Assembly (NCBI GenBank): GCA_964394855.1
Contig: CAYMZD010000002.1
Coordinates: 60,575 to 124,574, forward strand
Length of the DNA: 64,000 nt
Direction of reading: 5' to 3'
Origin: an uncultured Gammaproteobacteria bacterium
GTDB taxonomy: Bacteria > Patescibacteriota > Microgenomatia > Daviesbacterales > UBA10151
Position 1 is the first letter of the stretch; the number at the start of each line of letters is the position of its first letter. The notes below the pieces were generated by a model that saw only the letters and a program-made list of their open reading frames with translations, had not been told where the DNA came from and did no database searches. The position numbers were made by a program, and so were the translations under genes. This document shows positions 45,964 to 54,702 of this stretch, piece after piece.

Positions 45964-48072
45964 ATGCCAAGACGAAGATCTATTTACGGAATGCCCAAAC
46001 TGCGATTGAAACATCGTACTATTGTGACCATAGGCTCACTGGTTAGTTTTATGTTGGCAGGTTTATCCATAGTTTCTCTGGCCACCGATACTGTTGCTTT
46101 GCAATTTTGGAAGAGGTTCTTGTTTGAACTTTTTGGTTGGACAGCGATTATTTCTCCAATTATATTTTTACTGGCTGGTATGGTTTTACAACGGTTTAAA
46201 TGGCCTTTCGCCCAAACCAATGTATTGTTGGGTTTGATTTTAATCATATTTTCTGCAGTTAGTTTAACAGCTCCTTTTTCCACCACTAGTGCTGGTAGTT
46301 TGGGCGTGACACTGTGGACACAGCTATCCTCTTTTATCACTGATGTTGGAGCAACCATCTTGCTTTTGGGAGTGTTCTTGGTAGGTTTGGTAGTTTTTCT
46401 TAATACCTCGCTGACCCAAATTATTAAAGTGATTTTTGCTATTGTTAGTTTTCTAAATGAGAAGATATTTAAGCCATTTATTTGGAACCCTATTTTTCAA
46501 AGACCGCGGGGATTTGAGGCCAAAAACATTCCCATTAAAGTTTCTGGAATCAGCGCCGTTGAGTCCTCAAAAAGCAAAAATCAAGCGGTTTTGGCAGATG
46601 AACTGATTCAAAATGTGGCTGGACAAACAAAAGTTTGGAAATATCCGCCCATATCACTTTTATCTGATAAGGTTGGTTCGGCTGCAGACAGGGGTGATGT
46701 TAAGAAAAATGTAGCCATCATTGAGAAGACTCTTGATTCTTTTGGTATCCAAGCTAAAGTGGCAGAAGTTAACGGGGGACCAGCTGTGACCCAGTATGCC
46801 TTGGAGATTTCCGCTGGTACTAAAATTGCCAAAATCGCCAATTTGCAGCATGACTTAGCCTTGGCTTTGGCCACTCCTACTGGTACAGTTAGAGTGGAAG
46901 CTCCCATCCCGGGAAAATCACTGGTGGGAATTGAGGTTCCTAATCGCTCCCTGGAAATAGTAGGTTTAAAATCAATCCTGACATCAGAAGAACTGGAAAA
47001 ACATAAATCCAAGCTGGCAGTGGCTTTGGGACGAGACACAGCTTCTAACCCGGTGGTGGTTGATTTAGACAGAATGCCTCACTGTTTAGTGGCAGGAACA
47101 ACTGGCTCTGGTAAATCTGTCTTAATAAATGCTTTTATTTCCACCTTGCTTTATAGAAATTCCCCCCAAGAGTTAAAAGTGATTTTGATTGATCCCAAAA
47201 GAGTGGAATTAACAGGTTACAATGGCATACCTCATCTTTTAACTCCGGTTATTACTGAACCGGAAAAAATTCTCTCGGCTTTAAAGTGGGCCATGGCCGA
47301 AATGGATCGTAGATATAAACTTTTCCAACAAGTAGGAGTGAGAAACATTGTCGGTTATAATGAGATGTCTGGTTTTCAAGCTCTTCCCTATATTGTCATT
47401 ATTGTTGATGAACTGGCAGATTTGATGATGTTTGCCCCGGTGGAAATAGAAGATGCCATTACTCGCTTGGCGCAAATGGCCAGGGCTACAGGTATTCACT
47501 TGGTGGTGTCGACCCAGCGACCTTCAGTGGATGTTATCACTGGCTTAATCAAAGCCAATATTCCCTGTCGGATTGCTTTTAATGTATCTTCCATGGTTGA
47601 CTCTAGAGTGATTATTGACCAACCAGGGGCGGAAAAATTGCTGGGGCGGGGAGATATGTTGTTTTTACCGCCTGATGCTTCCAAACCGGTGCGTATTCAG
47701 GGAGTGATGGTGAAAGATGAGGAAATTAATGAGCTGATCAAATTTTTGAAATCAACTGGTATTGCTCCTGAATATACGGCCGAAGTGACAGAGATGCCGC
47801 TGGGCAGATGGGGTAAAGGAGTAAATGGTGGTGGTGGTGGACAGGATGATCTGTTTGAAGAGGCAGTTAGGACAGTTTGTCAATATGACAGAGCCTCGGC
47901 CTCGCTTCTTCAAAGGAGGCTTAGGGTGGGCTATGCCCGGGCAGCCAGAATTTTGGATGAGCTGGAGAGTGCTGGTATTGTCGGTCCGGGTGAAGGGGCC
48001 AAACCAAGAGATGTACTGGTTCGAAATGCCGAAGAATATTTAGCTCAAAAAGCTGGGGTTGTTGAAGGTTAA
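45964..48072 (+). CDS. ftsK: DNA translocase FtsK/SpoIIIE
   Basis: 4 TM, GTTGSGKS, IVDELADLM, gamma domain LLQRRLRVGYARAAR. Confidence 0.96.
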   Translation: MPRRRSIYGMPKLRLKHRTIVTIGSLVSFMLAGLSIVSLATDTVALQFWKRFLFELFGWTAIISPIIFLLAGMVLQRFKWPFAQTNVLLGLILIIFSAVSLTAPFSTTSAGSLGVTLWTQLSSFITDVGATILLLGVFLVGLVVFLNTSLTQIIKVIFAIVSFLNEKIFKPFIWNPIFQRPRGFEAKNIPIKVSGISAVESSKSKNQAVLADELIQNVAGQTKVWKYPPISLLSDKVGSAADRGDVKKNVAIIEKTLDSFGIQAKVAEVNGGPAVTQYALEISAGTKIAKIANLQHDLALALATPTGTVRVEAPIPGKSLVGIEVPNRSLEIVGLKSILTSEELEKHKSKLAVALGRDTASNPVVVDLDRMPHCLVAGTTGSGKSVLINAFISTLLYRNSPQELKVILIDPKRVELTGYNGIPHLLTPVITEPEKILSALKWAMAEMDRRYKLFQQVGVRNIVGYNEMSGFQALPYIVIIVDELADLMMFAPVEIEDAITRLAQMARATGIHLVVSTQRPSVDVITGLIKANIPCRIAFNVSSMVDSRVIIDQPGAEKLLGRGDMLFLPPDASKPVRIQGVMVKDEEINELIKFLKSTGIAPEYTAEVTEMPLGRWGKGVNGGGGGQDDLFEEAVRTVCQYDRASASLLQRRLRVGYARAARILDELESAGIVGPGEGAKPRDVLVRNAEEYLAQKAGVVEG

Positions 48073-48143
48073 TATGTCGGGGAAATTAATTGCCACCACC
48101 CCCCAAGCTAGAAAACAATCCCAAAATTAGGTATACTCGCTTT

Positions 48144-48782
48144 ATGAGAACTGTGGGGCAAATTTTAAAGGAAGAAAGAGAAAAAAAGTTTTATACCCTG
48201 GAGGAGATTGAAAAAGTCACCAAGATTAGGAAAGAGCTACTGGGGGCTTTGGAAGCAGATGACTATTCAAAACTTCCCCCTCCCACCTTTGTTCAGGGTT
48301 TTATTAAAAATTATGGTAAGTTTTTAAAACTAGATACAGATAAGCTATTAGCTATTTTCAGAAGAGAATTTTCCGACCGCAAACACCCCCCCAGAATCTT
48401 GGAAAGTTTTGCCAATCCTTTAGAAAAAAATAAATTTCATCTCACTCCTGCCAAATTTATTTCCTTGGTGGTGGTTTTTTTAATAATGGCTTTTTTTGTC
48501 TATCTTTGGTTTGAATTTCGTTTTTTGGTTGGTCCGCCATATTTGGAAGTAACCGAGCCGACAGACCAAACAAGTGTCTCCACCACATCAGTGAAAGTAG
48601 TTGGTAAGGCTGATCCAGAAGTGAAAGTGGCTATTAATAATCAGCAAATTCAGCTGGATTCCAGTGGTAACTTCCATGAGGAAATTAAATTGGGAGGCAG
48701 CGTCAATAAATTATCCATCACTGCCACTTCTAAATTTGGTCAGACTACTCAAATAGAAAGAATCGTATTTTTAAAACAGTAA
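48144..48782 (+). CDS. RodZ-like HTH membrane protein with an Ig-like domain
   Basis: GQILKEERE..TKIR..ALE..GFIKNYG, then TM; ATG 48144 lies 6 nt after TATACT. Confidence 0.85.
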   Translation: MRTVGQILKEEREKKFYTLEEIEKVTKIRKELLGALEADDYSKLPPPTFVQGFIKNYGKFLKLDTDKLLAIFRREFSDRKHPPRILESFANPLEKNKFHLTPAKFISLVVVFLIMAFFVYLWFEFRFLVGPPYLEVTEPTDQTSVSTTSVKVVGKADPEVKVAINNQQIQLDSSGNFHEEIKLGGSVNKLSITATSKFGQTTQIERIVFLKQ

Positions 48783-48803
48783 TTTATGTGTTAATCTTAA
48801 GAC

Positions 48804-49061
48804 ATGGATTTATTGCAGCTAGCTTTAGTTTTTTTAATTATCCTGCTGTCAATCTTTTTAACTATTACTGGAATTCAGGTTTTTTTTATTTTGCATGATT
48901 TAAAAAAAGCTCTGGATAGATTTAATCACATCTTACAAACCGGAGATGAGGTAGCTCAAGCAGTGGAAAAACCAGTATCTTTAGCTGCCAATTTTATTAA
49001 AAACTTAGCTTACAAAAAACATGCCGCTTCAACTCGCCGCCTCTTCAAAAAAAGAGCATAA
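48804..49061 (+). CDS. Small single-TM coiled-coil protein (DUF948-like)
   Basis: Hydrophobic N-terminus then LKKALDRFN; TGtTAATCT 6 nt upstream. Confidence 0.65.
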   Translation: MDLLQLALVFLIILLSIFLTITGIQVFFILHDLKKALDRFNHILQTGDEVAQAVEKPVSLAANFIKNLAYKKHAASTRRLFKKRA

Positions 49062-49078
49062 AAAGCTATACTTGAACC

Positions 49079-50380
49079 ATGAATTCTGATAACTTAAGAG
49101 AGAAATTTTTAAAATTTTTTGCCAGATGCGGACATGTCATCATCCCCTCTGCCTCATTAATACCTTCGGCAGAAGAACAATTAGCTGGTAAAGAAAAGGT
49201 TTTATTTACCAGCGCTGGTATGCAGCCTTTAATTCCCTACCTTTTAGGTAAACCACACCCTCAAGGTAAAAGATTAGCTGATGTACAAAAATGTTTAAGA
49301 ACCGATGATATAGAAGAAGTAGGAGATGCTGTGCATAATACATTTTTTGAAATGTTAGGGAATTGGTCGCTCGGTGCTTATTGGAAGGATGAAGCTATAA
49401 GACTTTCTTTTGAATTTTTGACTAAAGAGTTAGAAATTTCCATAGAAAAGTTAGCAGTCAGTGTGTTTGCAGGGGATGAAAATACTCCCAAAGATGAGGA
49501 GTCGGCAAGAGTATGGGAAAGTCTGGGAATTCCCAAAGATAGGATTTTTTATTTTGGTAAAGAATATAATTGGTGGCCAACTGGTGAAAAATCAGGCCCA
49601 TGTGGTCCAGATACGGAAATGTTTTATTGGACAGGGGAAGGTGAACCAGCAGGCAAGCCAAATGAAAATTCTTTATGGGTGGAAATATGGAATGATGTTT
49701 TTATGCAGTTCAATCGGCAAGATGACGGGATGCTGGAGGAGCTAAAACAAAAAAACGTTGATACGGGGATGGGACTGGAAAGAACTTTAGCGGTATTAAA
49801 TGGTAAAAAAAACAATTACCAAACAGATTTATTTGAACCAATTATGCAGATGATCGAAAAGGTGACAGGCAAAGTATATGGACAAGACGATTGGGATACT
49901 GTCCGATTCAGAATCATTGCTGATCATGTTAAAGGAGCAACCTTTTTAATTGGGGATGGTGTCAGGCCTTCGAATAAAGATAGAGGTTATATTTTACGTC
50001 GTCTAGTTCGCCGTGCGGCCATGCAACTGCATTTATTAAAAAAAATTACCAATGAAAAAGACTTTATTTCTATTAGCGACGCTGTTATTGAGATCTATGG
50101 AGGATTTTATTTTTTAGATTCAGAGCATCAAAGAAAAATCGTGGCGGAGGAAATTGGAGCAGAGATTTCTAAATTTATTAAAACAATTGAAAAAGGTTTA
50201 CAGGTATATAAAAAAACAGGACAAGTTGTTTCTGGTCAAGAAGCTTTCTTTCTTTTCCAAAGCTTTGGTTTTCCCCTAGAGTTGACAATGGATTTAGCCA
50301 AAGAAGATGGTAAGATGATAGATAAAGAGGGATTTGAGAAAGAATTTAAAAAGCATCAAGCTATTTCCCGTGGGGAGTAG
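49079..50380 (+). CDS. alaS: Alanyl-tRNA synthetase, aminoacylation core only
   Basis: LREKFLKFF, FTSAGM, TFFEMLGNWS, DTGMGLER and GYILRRLVRR; no editing domain. Confidence 0.93.
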   Translation: MNSDNLREKFLKFFARCGHVIIPSASLIPSAEEQLAGKEKVLFTSAGMQPLIPYLLGKPHPQGKRLADVQKCLRTDDIEEVGDAVHNTFFEMLGNWSLGAYWKDEAIRLSFEFLTKELEISIEKLAVSVFAGDENTPKDEESARVWESLGIPKDRIFYFGKEYNWWPTGEKSGPCGPDTEMFYWTGEGEPAGKPNENSLWVEIWNDVFMQFNRQDDGMLEELKQKNVDTGMGLERTLAVLNGKKNNYQTDLFEPIMQMIEKVTGKVYGQDDWDTVRFRIIADHVKGATFLIGDGVRPSNKDRGYILRRLVRRAAMQLHLLKKITNEKDFISISDAVIEIYGGFYFLDSEHQRKIVAEEIGAEISKFIKTIEKGLQVYKKTGQVVSGQEAFFLFQSFGFPLELTMDLAKEDGKMIDKEGFEKEFKKHQAISRGE

Positions 50381-50404
50381 TTTGTGCTAAACTAAAAACT
50401 GTCC

Positions 50405-52540
50405 ATGAGCTTGTTGGAAAAACTCACTAATTTCTTACCATTTACCAAAACTAAGCAGCAGGCAAAACACTTCTTTGCTTTAAATATTGGCCCGGAAAAA
50501 GTTAAAGCAGCTCTTTGGTCTATTGAGGATAAAAATTTACAAGTTGTTAACCCTGTTTTTACAAAATACTCTTCCGCGGATGAACTTTTACAAGTAGCTG
50601 ACCATTTACTTGATCAGACATTGGGAGATCTAAATGTGGAGCCAGAAAAAATTCTTTTTGGTGTTCCAGATTCTTGGCTATTGGATGATGAGTTAAAAGA
50701 ACCATATTTGAAACTCCTTCGTAATATAGTTAAAGAGCTAAGTTTAAAACCCATGGCTTATGTAGCCACCTCACATGCGCTGGCTCATTTTCTAGAGAGT
50801 CTTGAGGGAGCACCCACTACAGCCATTTTAGTGGGTATTGAGGAGAGTTTCTTGAGCATCACAGTAGTCAGGGCTGGTAAAATTGATGGGACTAAACTGA
50901 TAAAGCGGGGTGATAATCTTGGGGAAGAGATTGAAAAAGCGCTACTTTCTTTTACCGAAGTTGAGGTTTTACCTTCAAAAATATTGTTATATGGCTTGGA
51001 GGGGTTAGATAAACACAAAAGCAATTTACTGGCTTTTCCCTGGATGTCAAAACTATCTTTCCTGCATTTTCCCAAGATCGAGACCTTGGAAGAAGATGTA
51101 GAGTTAACAGCAACAGCTTTAGCTGGAGCAGTGGAACTTCAAGGTGATGTTAAATATTCCCCCAGTTCATCTATGGTCACCATCACCCCCCAAAAAAAGT
51201 TATCGGTAATGGAGGAAGAGGAAGCTGAAGAAAGGAAGCCACCAACAAAGACACAAAATGAAACTGGTTTTGTGACAGGGGATATTACCAAAGTACCAGA
51301 AAAGGAAGAACCAGAGGAAGAGAAGCCCCCCATGATCGTGGCTGAAGATGAGCTGTTAGAGCAGCCCCATCATGCAAGATTTAAGCTACCATTTTTAAAG
51401 CTGTCTTATTTGAGGGGTAAAAATAAGTTACTTATTTTGCCGGCAGCAATTTTAATTTTGACTATTTTCTATCTATTATTCTCTCAAGCCAAAGTGACTG
51501 TTTTTGTGGAACCACGAGTTTTAGAAAGAGACTCTCAAGTTACAGCTGATCCCAATGTAAAGACGGTTGATGAAGCAAATAAGATTATTCCAGGACAATT
51601 CACAGAAGTGCAGGTTGCTGGATCAGACAAGTTGGCAGCCACTGGAAGAAAAGAGGTGGGTGATCCAGCCAAAGGCACAGTGGTTATTTATAATAAGACA
51701 GATTCTGCCAAGACGTTTTCTAGTGGTACCGCTTTAACTGGTTCAGGTGGACTCAAGTTTACTCTAAATTCTACTGTTAATGTTGCTTCCCAATCGGCCA
51801 TTGAAGGGGGTATCTCTTTTGGGAAAGCCACTACCGGTGTGACTGCTGTTTTGATAGGAGCAGATGGAAATATCTCGTCTGGGACAGAATTGTCTTTAGC
51901 TAGTTTTTCTTCCTCACAATATTCAGCTAAAGCCGAAGGTAATTTTTCTGGAGGGAACTCCAAAGAAGTAACTGTGGTGACAGATAGTGATCAGAAAAAA
52001 CTTTTAGCATCTTTGGCAGCAGCGCTTCGCAAAAAAGCCCAAGAGGAATTGCAAAAAAGCTTGGAAGGAAAAAAGATTCTAGAAGAAGCTCTGTCTGAAG
52101 ATATTATTAAAAAATCATACTCCAAGAATATCAATGATCAAGCATCGGAATTTTCTTTAAGCTTGACTATTAAATATAAAGGTATTGCCTATTCTGAACC
52201 TGATTTAAAGCTGATCGTTTCCAAATTAATAGAAACTAATGTCCCGGCTGATTTTGAGTTGAACTTAGCTGAAACAGAGACGCAAGCAGATGTTTCCAAG
52301 CTGGAAAAAGATAAATTGATCTTTCTGGCACGGTTTAAAGCTAAATTAATGCCCAAATTGGATATAGCTAAAATAAAATCACAACTTAGGGGGAAAACAC
52401 CTCAAGAGGTAGCCGCTATTTTAAAAAGTTATGAAAATGTTTTAGGTTCTGACATAAAACTTAATCCTTCCTTGCCTGCCCCAATTGCCAGGTTACCGCT
52501 ATTGGATAGAAATATCCACATCGAGGTGAGTTTGAAGTAA
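50405..52540 (+). CDS. Membrane protein: FtsA/PilM-like N-domain, TM, baseplate-J-like C-domain
   Basis: FALNIG, acidic linker, TM, ATG..A.GTVVIYN..FSGG; domain calls are inference. Confidence 0.6.
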   Translation: MSLLEKLTNFLPFTKTKQQAKHFFALNIGPEKVKAALWSIEDKNLQVVNPVFTKYSSADELLQVADHLLDQTLGDLNVEPEKILFGVPDSWLLDDELKEPYLKLLRNIVKELSLKPMAYVATSHALAHFLESLEGAPTTAILVGIEESFLSITVVRAGKIDGTKLIKRGDNLGEEIEKALLSFTEVEVLPSKILLYGLEGLDKHKSNLLAFPWMSKLSFLHFPKIETLEEDVELTATALAGAVELQGDVKYSPSSSMVTITPQKKLSVMEEEEAEERKPPTKTQNETGFVTGDITKVPEKEEPEEEKPPMIVAEDELLEQPHHARFKLPFLKLSYLRGKNKLLILPAAILILTIFYLLFSQAKVTVFVEPRVLERDSQVTADPNVKTVDEANKIIPGQFTEVQVAGSDKLAATGRKEVGDPAKGTVVIYNKTDSAKTFSSGTALTGSGGLKFTLNSTVNVASQSAIEGGISFGKATTGVTAVLIGADGNISSGTELSLASFSSSQYSAKAEGNFSGGNSKEVTVVTDSDQKKLLASLAAALRKKAQEELQKSLEGKKILEEALSEDIIKKSYSKNINDQASEFSLSLTIKYKGIAYSEPDLKLIVSKLIETNVPADFELNLAETETQADVSKLEKDKLIFLARFKAKLMPKLDIAKIKSQLRGKTPQEVAAILKSYENVLGSDIKLNPSLPAPIARLPLLDRNIHIEVSLK

Positions 52541-52542
52541 TA

Positions 52543-53190
52543 ATGAATGGTAAATTACTGGCACTTCCACTTTTGGGTTTAGGGGTATTTTTACTTTTGC
52601 AGGTGAGTTTACCTCTTTTAAGTTTTAAGATTTGGGAATTAAAGTTTATTCAGAGTAATAATTTATTGATCAGTCCTCAACCACCCAAGAAACATGTTCT
52701 AGGGGTCTCTATTCAAAAACAAGATGGGAGTTTTCCTGCTTTTATTTCTAGCTTACAGCGAGATATAAAGGCTCCTTTTGATGAGTTTACTATGTCTGTG
52801 CCTCGTCTAGAAATTAAACAAGCCAAGGTTTTAGTAGATAGTAATGATTTAACAGCAGGGCTCGCTCATTTACCAGGCTCGGCTCTACCTGGAGAGCGGG
52901 GTAATGTTTTTATATCAGGCCACTCCAGCTTGCCACAATTTTTCAAAGGTGACAAAAATTATGGAGCTATTTTTGCCAATTTAGCTAATTTAAAAAAGGG
53001 AGATCAGATTTTAATACAAGTAGGAGGTAGTGAATTTAACTATCAAGTGCTGGGGATAAAAATTGTTGAGCCAAATGATTTATCAGTCATCCTACCACCT
53101 GATGAAACTGGGCGGTTTCTCTCTTTAATGACCTGTGTTCCCCCTGGGCTTAATACTAAGCGCCTGGTAGTTTTAGCCAAATTAATCTGA
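52543..53190 (+). CDS. Sortase
   Basis: HLPGSALPGERGNVFISGHS, LSLMTC and catalytic R. Confidence 0.92.
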   Translation: MNGKLLALPLLGLGVFLLLQVSLPLLSFKIWELKFIQSNNLLISPQPPKKHVLGVSIQKQDGSFPAFISSLQRDIKAPFDEFTMSVPRLEIKQAKVLVDSNDLTAGLAHLPGSALPGERGNVFISGHSSLPQFFKGDKNYGAIFANLANLKKGDQILIQVGGSEFNYQVLGIKIVEPNDLSVILPPDETGRFLSLMTCVPPGLNTKRLVVLAKLI

Positions 53191-53564
53191 TGAAATATTT
53201 AGGAGTAGATTTTGGTTTAAAAAGAACTGGTTTGGCAATATCTGAAGGAGAAATTGCTTCTCCTTTAAAAATTATCGAAAGTAAAAATTTTTTTGATTTA
53301 GTGGAACAGGTAAGAAAAGAGATTGAGGCCAATAATATAGATTTGGTGGTGGTTGGTAAACCGGATGGTAGAATGGGAAAGTTGGCAGAACGGTTTGCCA
53401 AAGCCTTAAGGAAAAAAGTTACCGTAGTTTTAGCAGACGAAACACTTTCCTCCCAATATGCCCAAAAACTAATGGTGGAGGGGGGAGTAGCTAAAAAAAG
53501 AAGACGTTTATCAGATGCCCAAGCAGCCAGCTTAATTTTACAAAATTATTTAGATTTATTATGA
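53190..53564 (+). CDS. yqgF: YqgF/RuvX pre-16S rRNA nuclease
   Basis: LGVDFGLKRTGLAIS, DETLSS and DAQAA..ILQ. Confidence 0.92.
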   Translation: MKYLGVDFGLKRTGLAISEGEIASPLKIIESKNFFDLVEQVRKEIEANNIDLVVVGKPDGRMGKLAERFAKALRKKVTVVLADETLSSQYAQKLMVEGGVAKKRRRLSDAQAASLILQNYLDLL

Positions 53565-54529
53565 GAAAATTGTTACCACTACTAGTGCTATTTTTGTTGA
53601 TTTTGTATTTAGTGTATGGATGGTGGCAGAACCAATTTATGGCGGTTAGTAATGATAAAAATAGCAAAAATTTCATTATTGCCAAAGGTGAATCTGTCAA
53701 TGACGTGGCAGAGAGTTTAAAGAAAGAAGGTTTAATTAAAAACCCTTTTGCTTTTAAGTTTTATCTTAAAGGAAGTGGTGATGGTGATAAATTGCAAGCT
53801 GGTACCTTCAAACTGTCTCCCTCTATGTCAATTAAAGAAACTGTTGAAGTACTAAAGGGAAGGCCGAATGATTTGTGGGTAACTTTATTGGAAGGCTGGA
53901 GAATGGAAGAAATGGCAGAGAGGTTAAATACGGACTTAAGAATCAAGAATGAAGAATTTTTAAAAGTTGCCAAAGAGGGTTACATGTTTCCAGATACATA
54001 TTTATTCGCCAAAGAAGTTACAGCAGAAAGAATAGCCAGCATTATGAGGGATAACTTTGAAAGGAAATATACCCCAGATCTTCGGGCTAAAATTAGGAGT
54101 TTGGGATTAACTGAAAGCCAAGGAGTAGTTTTGGCTTCCATTGTAGAGAGGGAAGCCAGATCTGATGCAGCCAGAACAATGGTGGCATCAATATTGCTTA
54201 AAAGGCTAAAGATTGATATGGGGTTAAATGCTGATGCCACTGTTCAGTATGCGCTGGTTCCAAAAGGATCGAAAAATCCGCCAGCTGGTGGATGGTGGAA
54301 GAGACATTTAACCAAAGACGATTTAAAGGTGTCCTCACCTTATAATACCTATTTATATCGTGGACTTCCTCCCACCCCAATTTGCAATCCATCTCTGTCC
54401 TCACTTAAAGCTGTAGCCAACTCCGATCCCTCAACTCCATATTTGTATTACTACCATGATTCCAAAGGAAATTCGTACTATGCCAAGACTTTAGATGAAC
54501 ACAACCAAAATGTGGCCAATAATCCATAA
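53561..54529 (+). CDS. mltG: Endolytic transglycosylase MltG
   Basis: EGYMFPDTY, ASIVEREA and SPYNTY..GLPPTPICNP. Confidence 0.94.
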   Translation: MRKLLPLLVLFLLILYLVYGWWQNQFMAVSNDKNSKNFIIAKGESVNDVAESLKKEGLIKNPFAFKFYLKGSGDGDKLQAGTFKLSPSMSIKETVEVLKGRPNDLWVTLLEGWRMEEMAERLNTDLRIKNEEFLKVAKEGYMFPDTYLFAKEVTAERIASIMRDNFERKYTPDLRAKIRSLGLTESQGVVLASIVEREARSDAARTMVASILLKRLKIDMGLNADATVQYALVPKGSKNPPAGGWWKRHLTKDDLKVSSPYNTYLYRGLPPTPICNPSLSSLKAVANSDPSTPYLYYYHDSKGNSYYAKTLDEHNQNVANNP

Positions 54530-54566
54530 GAGAACTGATGCCCTTTGATTTTTGAATTCTTGACTC

Positions 54567-54652
54567 TTGACATTATTCCATATATTGTGTTATTCTTTTA
54601 CTTAGTTAAATAGTAAAGGAAGAGGCGTACGGAGTTGCGTAGGCTTCTTTTT
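54567..54652 (+). promoter_or_regulatory. rpoB promoter followed by a terminator-like hairpin
   Basis: TTGACA-18-TGtTATTCT; AAGAGGC-G-TACG-gagttg-CGTA-G-GCTTCTT then TTT (54620-54652). Confidence 0.62.
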
Positions 54653-54702
54653 GTTGAATCGATGTAATCGGGATAAATCTGTCCTACATTGGCCATCTAC
54701 TA

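Noticed and set aside
50405-52540. Possible prophage suggested by the baseplate-like domain
   Set aside because: No other phage genes nearby; flanked by housekeeping genes
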